From the NCBI GenBank assembly GCA_015680685.1, contig MNCI01001941.1, forward strand, positions 737,318-801,317: DNA of 64,000 nucleotides. Reading direction: 5' to 3'. The position numbers were made by a program, and so were the translations under genes. This document shows, in pieces, positions 12,101 to 24,608 of this stretch. Every line of letters begins with the position of its first letter. Position 1 is the stretch's first letter. A model generated the notes under the pieces. The model had not been told where the DNA came from and ran no database searches. It worked only from the letters and a program-made list of their open reading frames with translations. The DNA comes from Gnetum montanum (lineage: Eukaryota > Plantae > Gnetophyta).

Positions 12101-12930
12101 GTGACATTTGGGAGGATTGTGAAACAAGAAGAGAAGTGGTCGAGGCACACCATGCAGTTGGGGGCAGGGCTGCCATAATGGTAGGGTAGGCATGAACAAT
12201 GGAATGGGAGTAGGAACTCCTTGTAGCTGTGAGGTAGGCACAATGTGCACATACGGCAATGTAGCTGTGACCAGCATTTGGTACGATGACAAGATAGAGT
12301 GAGGAGGGAGAGTGCCTGGGAATGAAACTAAAGGGATAGTATGTTGGTACGCTAAGGGTACAGGATGGCTACCGATGGCTAATGAAAGTGTAGAGTTGCA
12401 GCAGAGTCATGGTAATCATAAAAGAGGTAGATGTAAAACGAGGGTTTGACTGGAAGACCACAGTGGGAGGGATAGTCGTAGGGTAAGTCTAGCCACCATC
12501 CTTGGATTGGGAGTCCAGGTCTTCTTGTCCATCCTAGAATACTTCATCATAATGGGATGCCATGTCCTGCTATTCCCTAGACCTAATCATTTGTATGAGT
12601 TGGTTCAGGACCCATTGATATGATTCGGTTAATGAGATAATGATATCAAGGGTGGGGATAAATTTCCTCTTGTTCCAATGAAGGAACTTGAAGTTATGTT
12701 TGTCTTTGAGTTCTTAGTGATCTAAGGGTAGATTTTCCTAGATCTTTACACAAAGGAAGTCATAATGCTCTGTGTCTTGCACTAATAATTTAGGTAATAG
12801 ATGTCAGATCCTAAGAGACTGGCATGGTGCCAGCACTGGGCTTGGTGGTCACTCGATACCTATGATGCTTTGAGTCAAGAAAGGAACCTCAAGGTTGGAT
12901 GTGGGAACTACGGTTGTTGGCGGAATCATT
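9150..12930 (-). pseudogene. Degenerate gag-protease of element A
   Basis: Gag core (AMSLIGKALDWYRAL, ESVQNFIQ-like ELVQNFIQQW), Tat-type knuckle FCDYHQLCGHDIDYCLALK, protease VHVDEGATKNVI...FNLILGRSWL..VSSSIHQ. Start position uncertain. Confidence 0.88.
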
Positions 12931-12996
12931 TTGCATGATTAAAGGGAAGTTGCAAATGAGAAAAATAGAAATCAATAGATGATTGGAGGCTTTTCA

Positions 12997-13012
12997 TCCT
13001 GCCGGGTTCCAA
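12997..13012 (-). promoter_or_regulatory. Putative degenerate primer-binding site of element A (tRNA-Trp-like)
   Basis: Minus strand TGGAACCCGGCAGGA ~10 nt inside the LTR end. Resembles the complement of the plant tRNA-Trp 3' end with a 2-nt deletion; tRNA assignment from memory and tentative. Confidence 0.4.
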
Positions 13013-13021
13013 AGGAATGGT

Positions 13022-14996
13022 TGTCGTGACCAGTCTACACCACACGATGCGTAAACAACTACGAGGGTATCATGTTTACGCTAGTGGGTGACAGGGTACA
13101 GAAAGCATGTAGGACTACCCAAAGGACATAGAAAGGGCACCGAAAAGGCCCTCCTTCTAGAGCCAAAAACTATTATGACTGAAAATGTTAGTGGCTGGAA
13201 CACCAAGAGGTTTTTGGGTGAACAGTTTAACCCTGGATTTGTGTGAGGACCATGTTAGAGAGAAACGGAAGTGGGGTGCCCTAAACGGTCTGGTTGATTA
13301 GATAGGGACTTAATCATTGTGTCTTAACCTTTCGTAAATGCTTGTTTCATAAGTGAGGCACGTGAAGTAAATTGATAATCAATAAGTGTAAAGTGGTAAA
13401 AATAGTGTGAAACAACGTTGATAGTAAGCAAATAGAAAAACAGACTTGGGTGAGAAAGTGCACCATCCCAAGGTCGTGGGTCTAATCCTTTGCTTTGTTG
13501 AAAGGTGTACAATAGAACACGCAACATGGAAGAGGCACAACTTACACAAAGTAGCATGGTCATAAATCTCTAAATTGTAGAGCCAACCAGCAAACTCAAA
13601 GCCAACTAGAGTGCTAAAAATTGTAGACTATGCTCTCCGAAAGCCAACTTAAAAGCCAATCACCACCCTAGGCTGACCCTTCAAGCATTGTTTGCTGGGG
13701 GTATTTATAGGCCTAGGAGTAGGAGAAAAATGTGTTCTGGATGCCATGTGTCTTGGGCCCCACAAGGTGCAAACATGGCTATACTATGTAGGTGTGTGAT
13801 GCTAGAGGTGAGCTTTGTTATGCTATGACCATACTACTAAAACTTCATGTGCCAAAATCTAGTGTGCTAACAATGCAAGAAAAATGGAGCCTATGCTCCA
13901 AGACTACGTCTTCCTTAATCTTGCAAGTAGGGTCAAGCGTAGGAACAATTTTTGGGGATTGACCAAGGGTATGCAAAATGAAGAAAACTTGCTGATTTTG
14001 TCTGGCAAAGAGATATCAGGATGAGAATAATCATTGCCAAAAAGTTATAGAGCTAACCGAAGACGTCTTGATGCCTCCATGCTAGTGTTGCACTACCCAT
14101 GTTGTTCAGCACATTGGCGTAGCATAAGTAACTGCTCGCTATGCTGTGCTATGGTACGTAGCATAGCATAGTGTAGCCACCGGTCTTGACAAAAACCTTA
14201 CGTAGGAGCTGAGAGCATTTGTGTGAGGATTGGTCAGGCAAAAAACTGAAACTTTTGTCCTCCATGCCAAAAAGCCTTCAAACTTACTAAATTCATCTTT
14301 GAAACATTTCTACCATTTTTGCATCATTGCTACGTTGTGCTACACTATGTAGCATAGCACAACGTAGTAGCCAATGTATCATGCTTCCTTATTCAATCTG
14401 CCATTTTCTACCAAGAAACCTTGCTTGAGGCCTGAGGACTAAGTGGGATAATCAGTTTTGGAGGCTAAAGCATTGCCAAATGCAATCTTCTTGTTGGAGT
14501 CACTTGGCAAAGGGGGGCCTTTTTGTGCTTTGTCCCTATTACACTTTACTACGCTACATAGTGCAACATAGCATAACACCTTGTGTTGGTGGAGCAAGTT
14601 TGCTTGACGGTTGCAACATGGGCAAATGCTTTGGAAGACCAACTTGTCATCAACTTACATCTTGGATGCTTGATTGATCTCTTCAAGGCTTGCTATGTAG
14701 CGCAGCGTAGTATATTTCTATGCTAGAAAACTTGCTGAACTATTTTTCTCATCCCGAACACTTTCAAAAAGTCCTAGCATGGTCCATGGGTAGACTGCCA
14801 GCTAGGTCAATTGTCTGGTTGGGTAGGCTGGAGAGTCTAGCAGACCTGTCAACCTTGGAGATAGAAAACTTGCTAGACTATATAGTCTATCCTTGGTGCC
14901 TACACCATTCTGTTGGCCCATCAACTTGTAGAAATCCTTGCCAAAATTCCAAGACTCTATTGAAGCATGAGGGTCCTAAAATTTTATGGTGTTTCA
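13022..14996 (-). repeat. 5' LTR of element A (~1.97 kb)
   Basis: Plus-strand termini TGTCGTGACC...aaaattttatggtgtttCA match element B termini TGTTGTGACC...aaaattttgttgtgtttCA. Minus-strand TATA (tatttatag at ~13702). Confidence 0.8.
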
Positions 14997-15045
14997 ACTA
15001 TCTATCATCCCATTCACTAGATATCTCTTATAAGACTTAGAATGG
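14997..15045 (-). pseudogene. Fragment of a third copy (G) of the Tat accessory gene, exon 3 continuation
   Basis: Translates SKSYKRYLVNGMIDS; compare B NLIYKRCKDDGTMHS. Joins in frame to 25524 after removing element C plus a 5-nt overlap. Confidence 0.7.
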
Positions 15046-15958
15046 TGATAAGCAATGGAGTAGTCCAACACTCAACCATGCAAGATATGAGTGTTCAAAT
15101 TCAACTAGGTTGAATTCTATGGATAAGGCAATGTAATTATGCTAGTAATTTGTTTGAGTTCATGATCATTGTCTTCCCATGTGAGTTAGTAAAATCAATG
15201 CATGTGGCTTAACTCACTGTGGGGTGTATGATAACTGATGTTACTTTGGCCATTTTACTTATAGTAAACATAAGGTAGATGAAAGTGATTTCTAAATCTA
15301 AGTAAACAACAAATGAATCTAGTCTAGCCTAGGTTATGGACATCTATTCCTAACTCTCTGCACATGTCTTGAACTTATGTAATCACTAGTAGGATTACCA
15401 AGTATCTTGTTACTGGGCAAACCAAGCAATAATATTACTGGGTTATCAAATAATCACACTTTATGCTTGGAATCAGTTGTATCCATTTTACTTAATAATA
15501 GTAGAAATAAATTGCATGGAAAAGTAAATAGTAACTAAGAAAATAGTAATCAGTAGATTAAGTAAAAACATTAAACATTATTCTAGGTAAATAGTAAAGA
15601 AACCAAGTGGATGCTACAATGGTGAAAAGTAATCTCAATATTTATTGCCATTCACACTTATGTCCATGTATAATATGCTCACATAAAGACTTTATACAAT
15701 CACTTCACACCACACTATGGACATACATAGCTAAGTGATAAGTACTAAAATCAAGAAAATAAACTGACAGAGTTTTGCTAAGGTGAAATGAAAATTGTTG
15801 TTTGGACTATGCATCTAAGTGTCATATTTATAGGCTTGCACATGTTTGCAATATTGAATATCCTACATTGTAGCTTATGCCTCAATATCAAGGATCTAAT
15901 ATTGTGGCTTTGGTATTAGATGTATGATATCATAGCCATGTAAAAACTTGACTTATCA
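15046..15958 (-). repeat. 3' LTR of element C
   Basis: Aligns along its length with 24609-25523; 7-bp terminal inverted repeat TGATAAG/CTTATCA. Confidence 0.93.
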
Positions 15959-16229
15959 TATGCCCATGACTGATTAAAAACTTGTCCTTGATTTGAATCA
16001 AAATGTAGATAGAGTTCCTTAAAAAATTAGGAGGTAGATATAGATGACACTAACTACTATGTACATGACTCTTAGTTGCCATAGTGGTGTTTATAAAATA
16101 ACACAAGATATGACATGACACTTTAACAAAAACCAAAAACTTGGTGAAGCTTCATGTAGCCTTATGTAGTTCCAGGTGAAATTGGCTCCTCCATTGATTA
16201 CTTTCCCTTTTTGTGAGGCTTTTGAAATT

Positions 16230-19200
16230 TTTACTAGTTTAAGAGCACCTGAAGTTTCTCCTCTTCTATTCTTGGGTCATGTACTATCCATGCTTGTTGT
16301 CCATTATGCAATGGAGTAGGTACATCCCATGGGCATGGTAGCTGTAGAAACATTTGATTTGACTTAATGTACCAGGTTGTGAACTACCTTCTTTCTTCTT
16401 TAAATGCTCTATCCTTTTTACATAGTTCATGATAATCTACTAATCATATGGCCAAGTTTGCTGCTCCATCCTTTTTTCCTTGGTAGCTAGCCTTCATTGC
16501 TTCCAGTTCAAAGTTTGCTACTTGGAGCTTTTGCAAAGCATCTTTATGATCCACAAACTATTTTTCATACAAATAATATGTGGCTACTACTTGCTATTCT
16601 AATTCATTCCTAGGCCTACTTGCTATCAATATGGTCAAGTTGGCATAATGGAGGCTAGTTAACCCTATATATTCTTTTAGGTCTTTAATCTATAGGCCTT
16701 TAGTTTTCACTTCCTCTTGATGTACAAGGGCATACCTATCCAAAATGGGTTTTTAATGAAAATTCTATGTTGACATGGTGCTAATTTTGGCTTTGGTTAT
16801 TTAGATCTCTTTCTTGTTAATTTTCTTGTACATGCCCACATGATCTCGGAAGTGTTATTTGAGCCTCTCATGTTTCTTTTCCTTATTTTTCCATGTGCTT
16901 ATCTCAATGGCTAACTTTCTATGGATGACTTGTACCTCCTTCATTGAGAGGATTGAATTTTTTCTTACATGGTGGCTCATGTCTTAGTTGATCCTTACCC
17001 GTTGTTCCCTTAACTGGTGGATGCTCTCTTTTAAAATGTTTTTCTACTTTTTGATAGTAATCAACCTCATGTTATCAACAACAATTTGTTTATTTTCCTC
17101 TTATACTATGGAAGTGCCTTGACATGTGCATATGTTTGTGCTTCAACTATGGAGGCATTCCATACCACTTTATCCTCCTCTGTCGCCATTCATTTATTTT
17201 GTTCAATCAAATGGTTCATCTACTCTATCCTAAACTATTCTATTTGATCAAGCACAATAAATTTTGTAGGATCTCTTTGTTCAACTCTTAGGGTTGCAGG
17301 CTCTTCTTGTAATTTTAGAATTTCATTTTCTACATGCTTTACCCTTTTCACTACCATAACTAGTTTTCCCTTAGTAGTAATGAGCCCAAACTATATTGTA
17401 GTGACATCACTAGGGATGTTGAAGAGTGTTTTCATGAATTTCCTAGTCTACAGTAGTCTATTAAGCACATCCCTACGGTTAGTAAGAGTCATCGAGGTTT
17501 TGGCTAACATTTGAACATCTCTAGCTCTAGTTAAATTAGCTGATTGCATAACTAATACATTACAAAATTTTTTAATGTGATTGGTGGTCACCTCTACTAC
17601 TCCTACACATCCTAGTGTTACATTACCACTAATGTGGCTCATTCTCTAGTCTTAAGCACCACTTAGAATAATGCAATGTTTTCTAGAGATCTGTTGTGAT
17701 CATTGATCCCTTTCTCATGACCGTAGTAAAATATATCCAGTTGCTAGATCTACTAAAATTTTCAGTTGGATGGCATTATCAATAACTCTATAAAGGATGG
17801 CCTCCTCCCTTATTCCCTAGCTAATGGTTTTTATAATTTGTTGTAGATGACTTATTGATGATCTCGTGGTGATGGTGGTGAAACTTGCTATTATTGTTGT
17901 TCTTGTTGCTCCTAATGTTGCTACTAATTTTTCTCTTGTTATTATTCTTGTTCTTCAGCCTAATCTTTTTTAGGTGGTGTTGGTTTGAGAAATTTAGCAT
18001 ATGAAGCATTTTGGGCTTTCCTGGGAATGTCATTAGTGTATCCTAGGATTCCAAATTGCCTATACAACTTTTTGATAAGGTAGGAAAATGGAACTATTGG
18101 CTTTCATACCTTCATTTCTTAAAACCGCCTCTAAATTTCCATAAAATAGAGTTGTGCAAGGTTAGAATTGTATTTTTCCATTAGGATCACACTTTCTATA
18201 GCCACATAAGTGGATAGTTAGTTAATTCCTTTTGTTAGAAATAGGTGATAAGTGCCAATATTGAATTAGATTCTTTCTTCTAGGGTTAGCTCGTTGTAGC
18301 CCTTATCTTCTTTTCCATAAGTCCATTTTGGACATCATTTTTTGATTTCAAGATCTAATTAGGTGGATAGATGTGCTAACCTTGCCCCTTCATTGGGTAT
18401 ATTTAGAGCTTCTACAATTTCCTTGATCAAGAATGAAACTAAGATTCCTCAAATGTTAACTGTGGTACCCTCTTCCTTGTTGTGCTAGAACTAGTAGGTT
18501 TTCCCAAGGTATCATTCAACACTATTAAATAGGATAGGCCATAGTGGTGATGCCTTAAGTTATTTCTTTACTACTTCTAGCATAAATTCCATGAATGGGC
18601 CAAAGTCCATCTCCATAATGACATGTGGTTAAGATGGATCTTTCTTGAATAGCTTGGAGGCAATCATGTGACAATGTGACATGTTTTCCTTGCACTAGTA
18701 GTTCTTCTGTCTCTCCTTGGACTGATTGTCCCATAGTAGGAGTCTCTTGATGAATGCTAAATGATTGAGCTTTCTACACCTTTTTTCCTAGTTCTTATCC
18801 TTCTATTCGGCCTCTGGCTTGGCCTCTTAGTCTCTTATTTACAGCTTCTAAGAGTCCTGCTTGTGATCCTCTCTTTGGGATCACCTATAATCATTAAGGA
18901 ATTGGAAATCATTATAAGGTGTTTTCTAATTTTTATAACTCCCTTCCTTTCTCATAATTTTAGTGGGATCAAGTTCTTAGTTGTTAGGGTTGCAGAGTTA
19001 GAAACGTTTTCCAAAAAGTTATCCAATAGGTATTATTTTCTTTGTGACTTCTCATAGTTATCTATTTGGTTCTTATTTATGGATCATTATGATTGGTTAT
19101 GGTTCTTTAAGAGTATTATTTGAGTGTTATAGCTTCCTCATGATTACTTCTTATTAACAATTTTCAAATTTTACCTCATACTTACCCTTAAAGTACCTTT

Positions 19201-19257
19201 CGAGTGTTAGAATTTTGTTGAAATGTTAGCTAAGACTTTCTCACTAGGACCTCCCAT
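16230..19257 (-). pseudogene. Degenerate Athila env-like / accessory ORF of element C
   Basis: LWPILFNSVE(R)YLGKTY(Q)F(Q)HN..VNI(R)GILVSFLIKEIVEALNIPNEG, homologous to the D ORF, followed by Q/E-rich and coiled-coil-like segments. Ends approximate. Confidence 0.7.
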
Positions 19258-21129
19258 GAATAATATGAGCACTTCATGATTAAATAGGTTAAGAAAGCAT
19301 GAAAATCAAAGCAATAATTGTCAAGTTATGACATAGTAAAGCTAGGAGGTTAGAGCTCAAATTAGAGAAGAAAATTCAAAAAATCTCCCTTGTGTTCAAA
19401 TGAAAATGATGGAAAATTTAGCTAAGTCACCATGTATATATAGGTTTTATATGACCTGATATCATGAATTTGATATCAAAGCCAAAATGTTTTCACTTTT
19501 CATAAGTGTGATGGGAAAAATTGATTGTTTTGGATTTCTAAAAGGTTAAAAGTTGCTTAGAGGGTTTGGATGACAAAGATATGCATATTTTTATCAAAAT
19601 TTTATCATTGAAAGTTTATAAAGAAGGAATCTCAGGGTACGGAATTTCATAAGATGGATTAAGAAGGGTAATGAATTCATGTAGTGACAATGGATAGTTT
19701 AAATGATGTGGAAAGTATTTATTCACATATTTTGATGCTCAAAGGTTCAAGATGATGTGGAATCGCTTGGTAGGTATGAGATACAATAGTTATAGAAGTG
19801 AATCCTCCCCAAAGTAGGCTCTAGCCTATAATGCCCTTGTATAACCATGCCTAAAATGTCCTTAGGCATTGAAATAATTTAATGTAACACATACCTATTT
19901 AGCAAAACACACATGTTAGTACCACCAAATTAAGAAAATAACTCTATGTTACATAAAACCACAAGTTATAACTATTCAAATAGTAAGATGAAATGGAATT
20001 AAAAGGGATTGCAAAAATCGAGATGTGAGGTATCTTATCATAGGAATAATGAATTTGTATATTTTATTAGTGGTTATAGTAATCACTAGCCTTTCTATCC
20101 AGGATTCAAACCAAGTCCAAACCACATTCTAGTGACATTGCATCATTTCATCTCTTGGAAGTACAATCGTAAGACTATCAATGTTGAAAGAAGTATTGTC
20201 ACTTGGTGTATTGTCCAAGGAAGGAGTTTATTTATGGAACTATGTTTATTTTTAAAATTTTTGAAAAGCCACCTACGTTTAGGCATGGTTAACATGTCTT
20301 TCCAGCGGGATCCCTACAAATTTATTTTGTGCTCTTTTATTTTTTATTTTTGTCAACCTTTCAAGGAAGTAGTTATTTTACTCTTACTCCCATTTTTCAT
20401 TAGATCTACAAAGATATAAGAAAATCTTAGCAAGATGATAGAACTCACAATAGTAATCCAAAAGAATCCATAAATCCCCTTGATGTTTGATCCTTTACAT
20501 TCCCACTTGGTTCTTCACTTCTCTATCTAGGCATAATGATCACAAGTTTGTTGTTAGTTGTATGATGGAAAAAAGTATCATTATGGTCATGGTAAGAACC
20601 TTTTATTAATGGAATAGATGAATGGATGATGTGTGATTATTGTTCATATAATTAGTCCCTTATGACTTGATAACATAGAGAAATCTTCACCTTGGACTAC
20701 ATCTTACCTTTATTTGTAATGTGTCTTATTAGTAATCAAAATTATTTACAAAGGGCTTGAAAAAAAAGTATGAAAGAAATAAAAAAGATAGTAAGAATTG
20801 TGAAAAAGGTGTAAAGAATGAAAAATGTTAAAAAATGAAAAATGCTAAAGCTGCAACAGATATCAAAGAATGTCAAAAATTTAAGAAATGAAAAGTATCA
20901 AAGAATAAGAAAACATTAAAGAATGTAAAAAAGTAAAGAAATTATAAATTGGAAAGAATTGTAAAACAAAAAATAGAAAAGAACTTATTAATTTTGAACT
21001 TAAGATAGGACATCTCCCCCATGACTGAACTCATGGGTGAGTGTTTGGAAAATGCTCCCTATATCTCTTGTATCATACACTCTAAGTGGTTTACTTACCA
21101 TCTTTATTGATTTAACTTTTCCATTATTA

Positions 21130-24120
21130 TCCTAGGTCATTCTAAGGATAATGGAATCTTGATTGTTTAAGTTCTTATTTTCTTTTTCTATTGATGTATG
21201 ATTATGGTTTAATAGTTTCATTTTTGGGTCCTTAGTTGGAGTCATCTTCTTAAAATGGGAGTTAATAAGTGGATTAGATTGTTCCATGCATTTTCCAAAT
21301 AATTTTTGGTTCTTAGTTAGTGACCATGAGATGTTTTTTGATTTTTGGCTCTTGGTCTTGCTTGTGCACACACTTTTTTTTCATTATTATTGTGGATGGG
21401 TATGGTAATTGTGTTGGCATTCTGAATGATCAGTTCACAACTACATCCTTTTCTATTAGTAGTAATGTATGGGATTCATTGTGTGTGCATGGCTCCATGC
21501 TTATCCTCCTTAGAGATCTTAATAGATAGATCCCTCATACTTAGCTTAGCATCAATTATGTTAATCCATGCTCTCCCTATGATAATTGAAAATTCTTTGT
21601 TAGCATCTTTCACATAGATTATCAAAAATTTTGCTAGATAAGACCACCCATTGATAGTGCTCACTATCTCATCTATCTATCCCAAAGGAATGGCAACAGA
21701 TTGATCTACAAGCTCCAACCTGATGTGGCACTCTTTCAATGGTGGGTAGCTTCCATGGTTGATATGTTTTATAAGAGATCAAATTTATCCCAGAATCTGA
21801 GTCTAACACAGCATTGCATAGTAGATTTCCAATTACTTGTAGATAAATCAAAAGAACTCCTACATCAATTCTCTTCTTAGGGAGTGGTCCTACCTTTATC
21901 TAGTATGTAATGATTTCAATGAGCATGATAGTTTTCTTATTTGGATTGAATGATTAAAGAAGATTTTTGGTAGTAAGAGAATTTATGGTAGGGGAATTTG
22001 GTCTTGATGAAGCTCTAATTCTACTAACCTTTTCAAGTCTTGTCCTAAGGAAAGGATGTTTCTTTATTTGGCCATTAGTGTTGATCATAGGATACTCTAT
22101 TTTAATGTTCACTACCCTTGTAGCTTTTCTCTGCTATGGTTGTGATGGAAATTCACCATGCATAGTAGGTGGTGGCACTAGTGGTAAAGGATTGAAAGGG
22201 AAATTTGATGGGCTAGCTACTAGCAAATGTCTGTGAGGACTTTGATACATCCTTAAAGTAGTAGGTCAATAACATTCTACTATATAGTAAGGAGAATAAG
22301 TTTGAATTGATGTGTTTCCTATAGATATTAGATGCTAAACATAATATTCATAAGCATCTTCTTGAATATATGAATATTGTGGCCTTGGCGGTGGTATTGC
22401 CCATGTCTATGATTGTTGCCACTACTACTAATATTAATCTTGTGGTTGGGGGTAGACTCTGCTTGGGTAGTATGCTGGCTAGTAGGGTTGCTTGATATTA
22501 CCTTGAGGATAAGGTAGTCTTTTGGGCATATGCTTCTTGACAAAGCTCCAATTGAGTGCATATACCCCAGATTCTTTCAAGTGGACCATAACATGACAAC
22601 ATCCCTTAGGATGTTCATACTAGCACACATTGTATCCTTCCTTTTCCTCTAAACTAGAGTTAGTGGTATCCTTCAATGCTTATAACTTTTGAGTTCATAA
22701 TCCCTTTTCTTCTTTCTTTCCTTACCCCTATTAAGTGCTTGTTTAGTCATTTCTTCCATAATATTTAGGGCTACAACAAATGTTTCATCCATTGAATCCT
22801 ATACATTCTCTACCTTAGTTGCTATATCATTGATTTATTTTTGAATGTGTAGAGTCATTTTCTAGATAACATCTTTCATGGTTTCATCCTCTTTCTTGTC
22901 ACATATTCACACATCTCTCTTTCAAATTGATGGATCTTTATTATACTCCTCACCTGATTCCATCTTTCTTAGCTCATCTTCCTCTTTTTCCACTTGGTTA
23001 ATTGGCTTTTGAATGTAATGAGTGATCAATTTTGATAGCCTACCTTAGGCGTAAACACCAAGAGTATTTCTAGTTTTTCTTCATAGCCCATCTATAATGT
23101 GCCTAAGCTATTCCCTTGGTGAAAATCCATGGCCTGGGCATCTATACAATAGTGAATAGTATTTTTCCATTACTACATCAAGGGTCTCATGAGTCCCTTG
23201 CTTCAATCCATGCATTTATTTTCTTAAATTAGATACTTGTGAATAATTTTGATATTTATCATTGAAGAGTACAAACATGGTACTCTAGAATCTGATTGAT
23301 TTAGGTTCTAATGACTTATACCAGCTCTTTGCCTCTTTCACAAGTGTTCTAGGAAATAGCTTCAATTTTTTCCAATCACTTTTGATATTTTGAAGGATGT
23401 AGAAATTGTGGAAATCTTGAAAGTGATGTTGTGAATCAACATTATAGCCACCTTCAAATCTCAACATGTTCATGTCTAGTCATTTGATTCAGCTATCTCT
23501 CACATGCTTGGTTGGTATATGGATAGCTTTGTGAATGTTTATCATGCTTTAGGTTTCCATGAAGGGTTCATCATCATGGTTAGATTCATATGATCTGTTG
23601 TAGCAGTGACCCCTTTTGTGCTCATACCTTTCTTGATCATCTCTTCAATCCCTTCATCTTCTATGTTCATATTCATTATCTTCTATTTGAAAGTATCTTG
23701 AATATTGGTCATAATGGTCATGTTTCCTCCTTTCTTCCCTACCATAGTCCTAGTACTTGTGATATGTTTTGTCAAAGTTCATTGATGATCATGATGAGGT
23801 ATATGAGGTAGTAGAAGAATGATGCTATCTTATTCTCCTTTCATGACTCTTATATGCTTCTTTGTAGGATTTGATAGCAATCCTTAGCCTTGAGTCCCAC
23901 TTATACCTTGAGTCAATGGCCTCCCCCTTAGGTGTCTCTGCTAGAGTGGAATTAAGCTAGGCTTTGATAGGTTCCTCACATATGATGATAGGTATTTTTG
24001 AAGGCTCCTCATGGCTTTGGTGAGGTTTCTCTAAAATAAATCCATCAACATCAATTTCTTCTAAGATAACAAGAGTGTTTAATTGCTTCCCTTTTCTGTG
24101 TACATGTCCATTGCATCATC
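21130..24120 (-). pseudogene. Degenerate gag-protease of element C
   Basis: KLKLFPRTLVKEAKSWYKSLEPKSI (retrotransposon gag), NAVLDSDSGINLIS and FSIIIGRAWI (aspartic protease). Confidence 0.85.
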
Positions 24121-24587
24121 TCTCCTTATCTGCTTCTTTGTGGATTCATAGGGTCTTGTCATGTGCTATGTCACATGATATCCTTCCTAGATTTGGTTCA
24201 AATGCAATCCCCATAAGGTAATTTAAATCATGTTAACTACTGCATGTTTTGGAGCTAGGACTATGTTACCTTGCATGTTCCTCCATCTCATTTAATTTTC
24301 TTAATGAAAGATGAAAGTGAAGTCTATATGATAAGAATCAGTGTGATCATAAGTGATTCTTATTTGCATTGGCATCCCCCATTCTTCTTCATTAATGATT
24401 CTATCATTACTTCTTCTTATCTCCTTAGAAGGTGGTGATGTATCTTTGTTTAAGGTCATGTTTGTGAATTAAGATGTTGATTAAGAGAATGTAACTTATT
24501 TGGGTTTATTTAAAAACATTAAGATTTTGACTTTGGGTTTCTAATACAACAAACTTTGGAAAATCAAATATTAAGCATACATTGACT

Positions 24588-24607
24588 TGTCCCCAGCAAC
24601 AACACCA
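24588..24607 (-). promoter_or_regulatory. PBS of element C (tRNA-Asp type, Athila-like)
   Basis: Minus strand TGGTGTTGTTGCTGGGGAC is the C>T-decayed form of TGGCGCCGTTGCCGGGGA, immediately inside the 5' LTR. Confidence 0.85.
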
Positions 24608-24608
24608 A

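Larger units (their letters stand above)
240..14996 (-). mobile_element. Ty3/gypsy Tat-clade LTR retrotransposon, element A (5' LTR, gag-PR, antisense multi-exon gene, RT-RH-aRH-INT); 3' end interrupted by K
   Basis: Domain order gag-CHHC knuckle-PR ... RT-RH-aRH-INT on the minus strand. LTR termini match those of element B. Confidence 0.9.

Noticed and set aside
13020-14998. Non-canonical GTTG...CAAC LTR termini for A and B
   Set aside because: Canonical TG...CA ends explain the data: the inner dinucleotides are the usual unprocessed bases, and B's outer GT belongs to the copia SKC codons.
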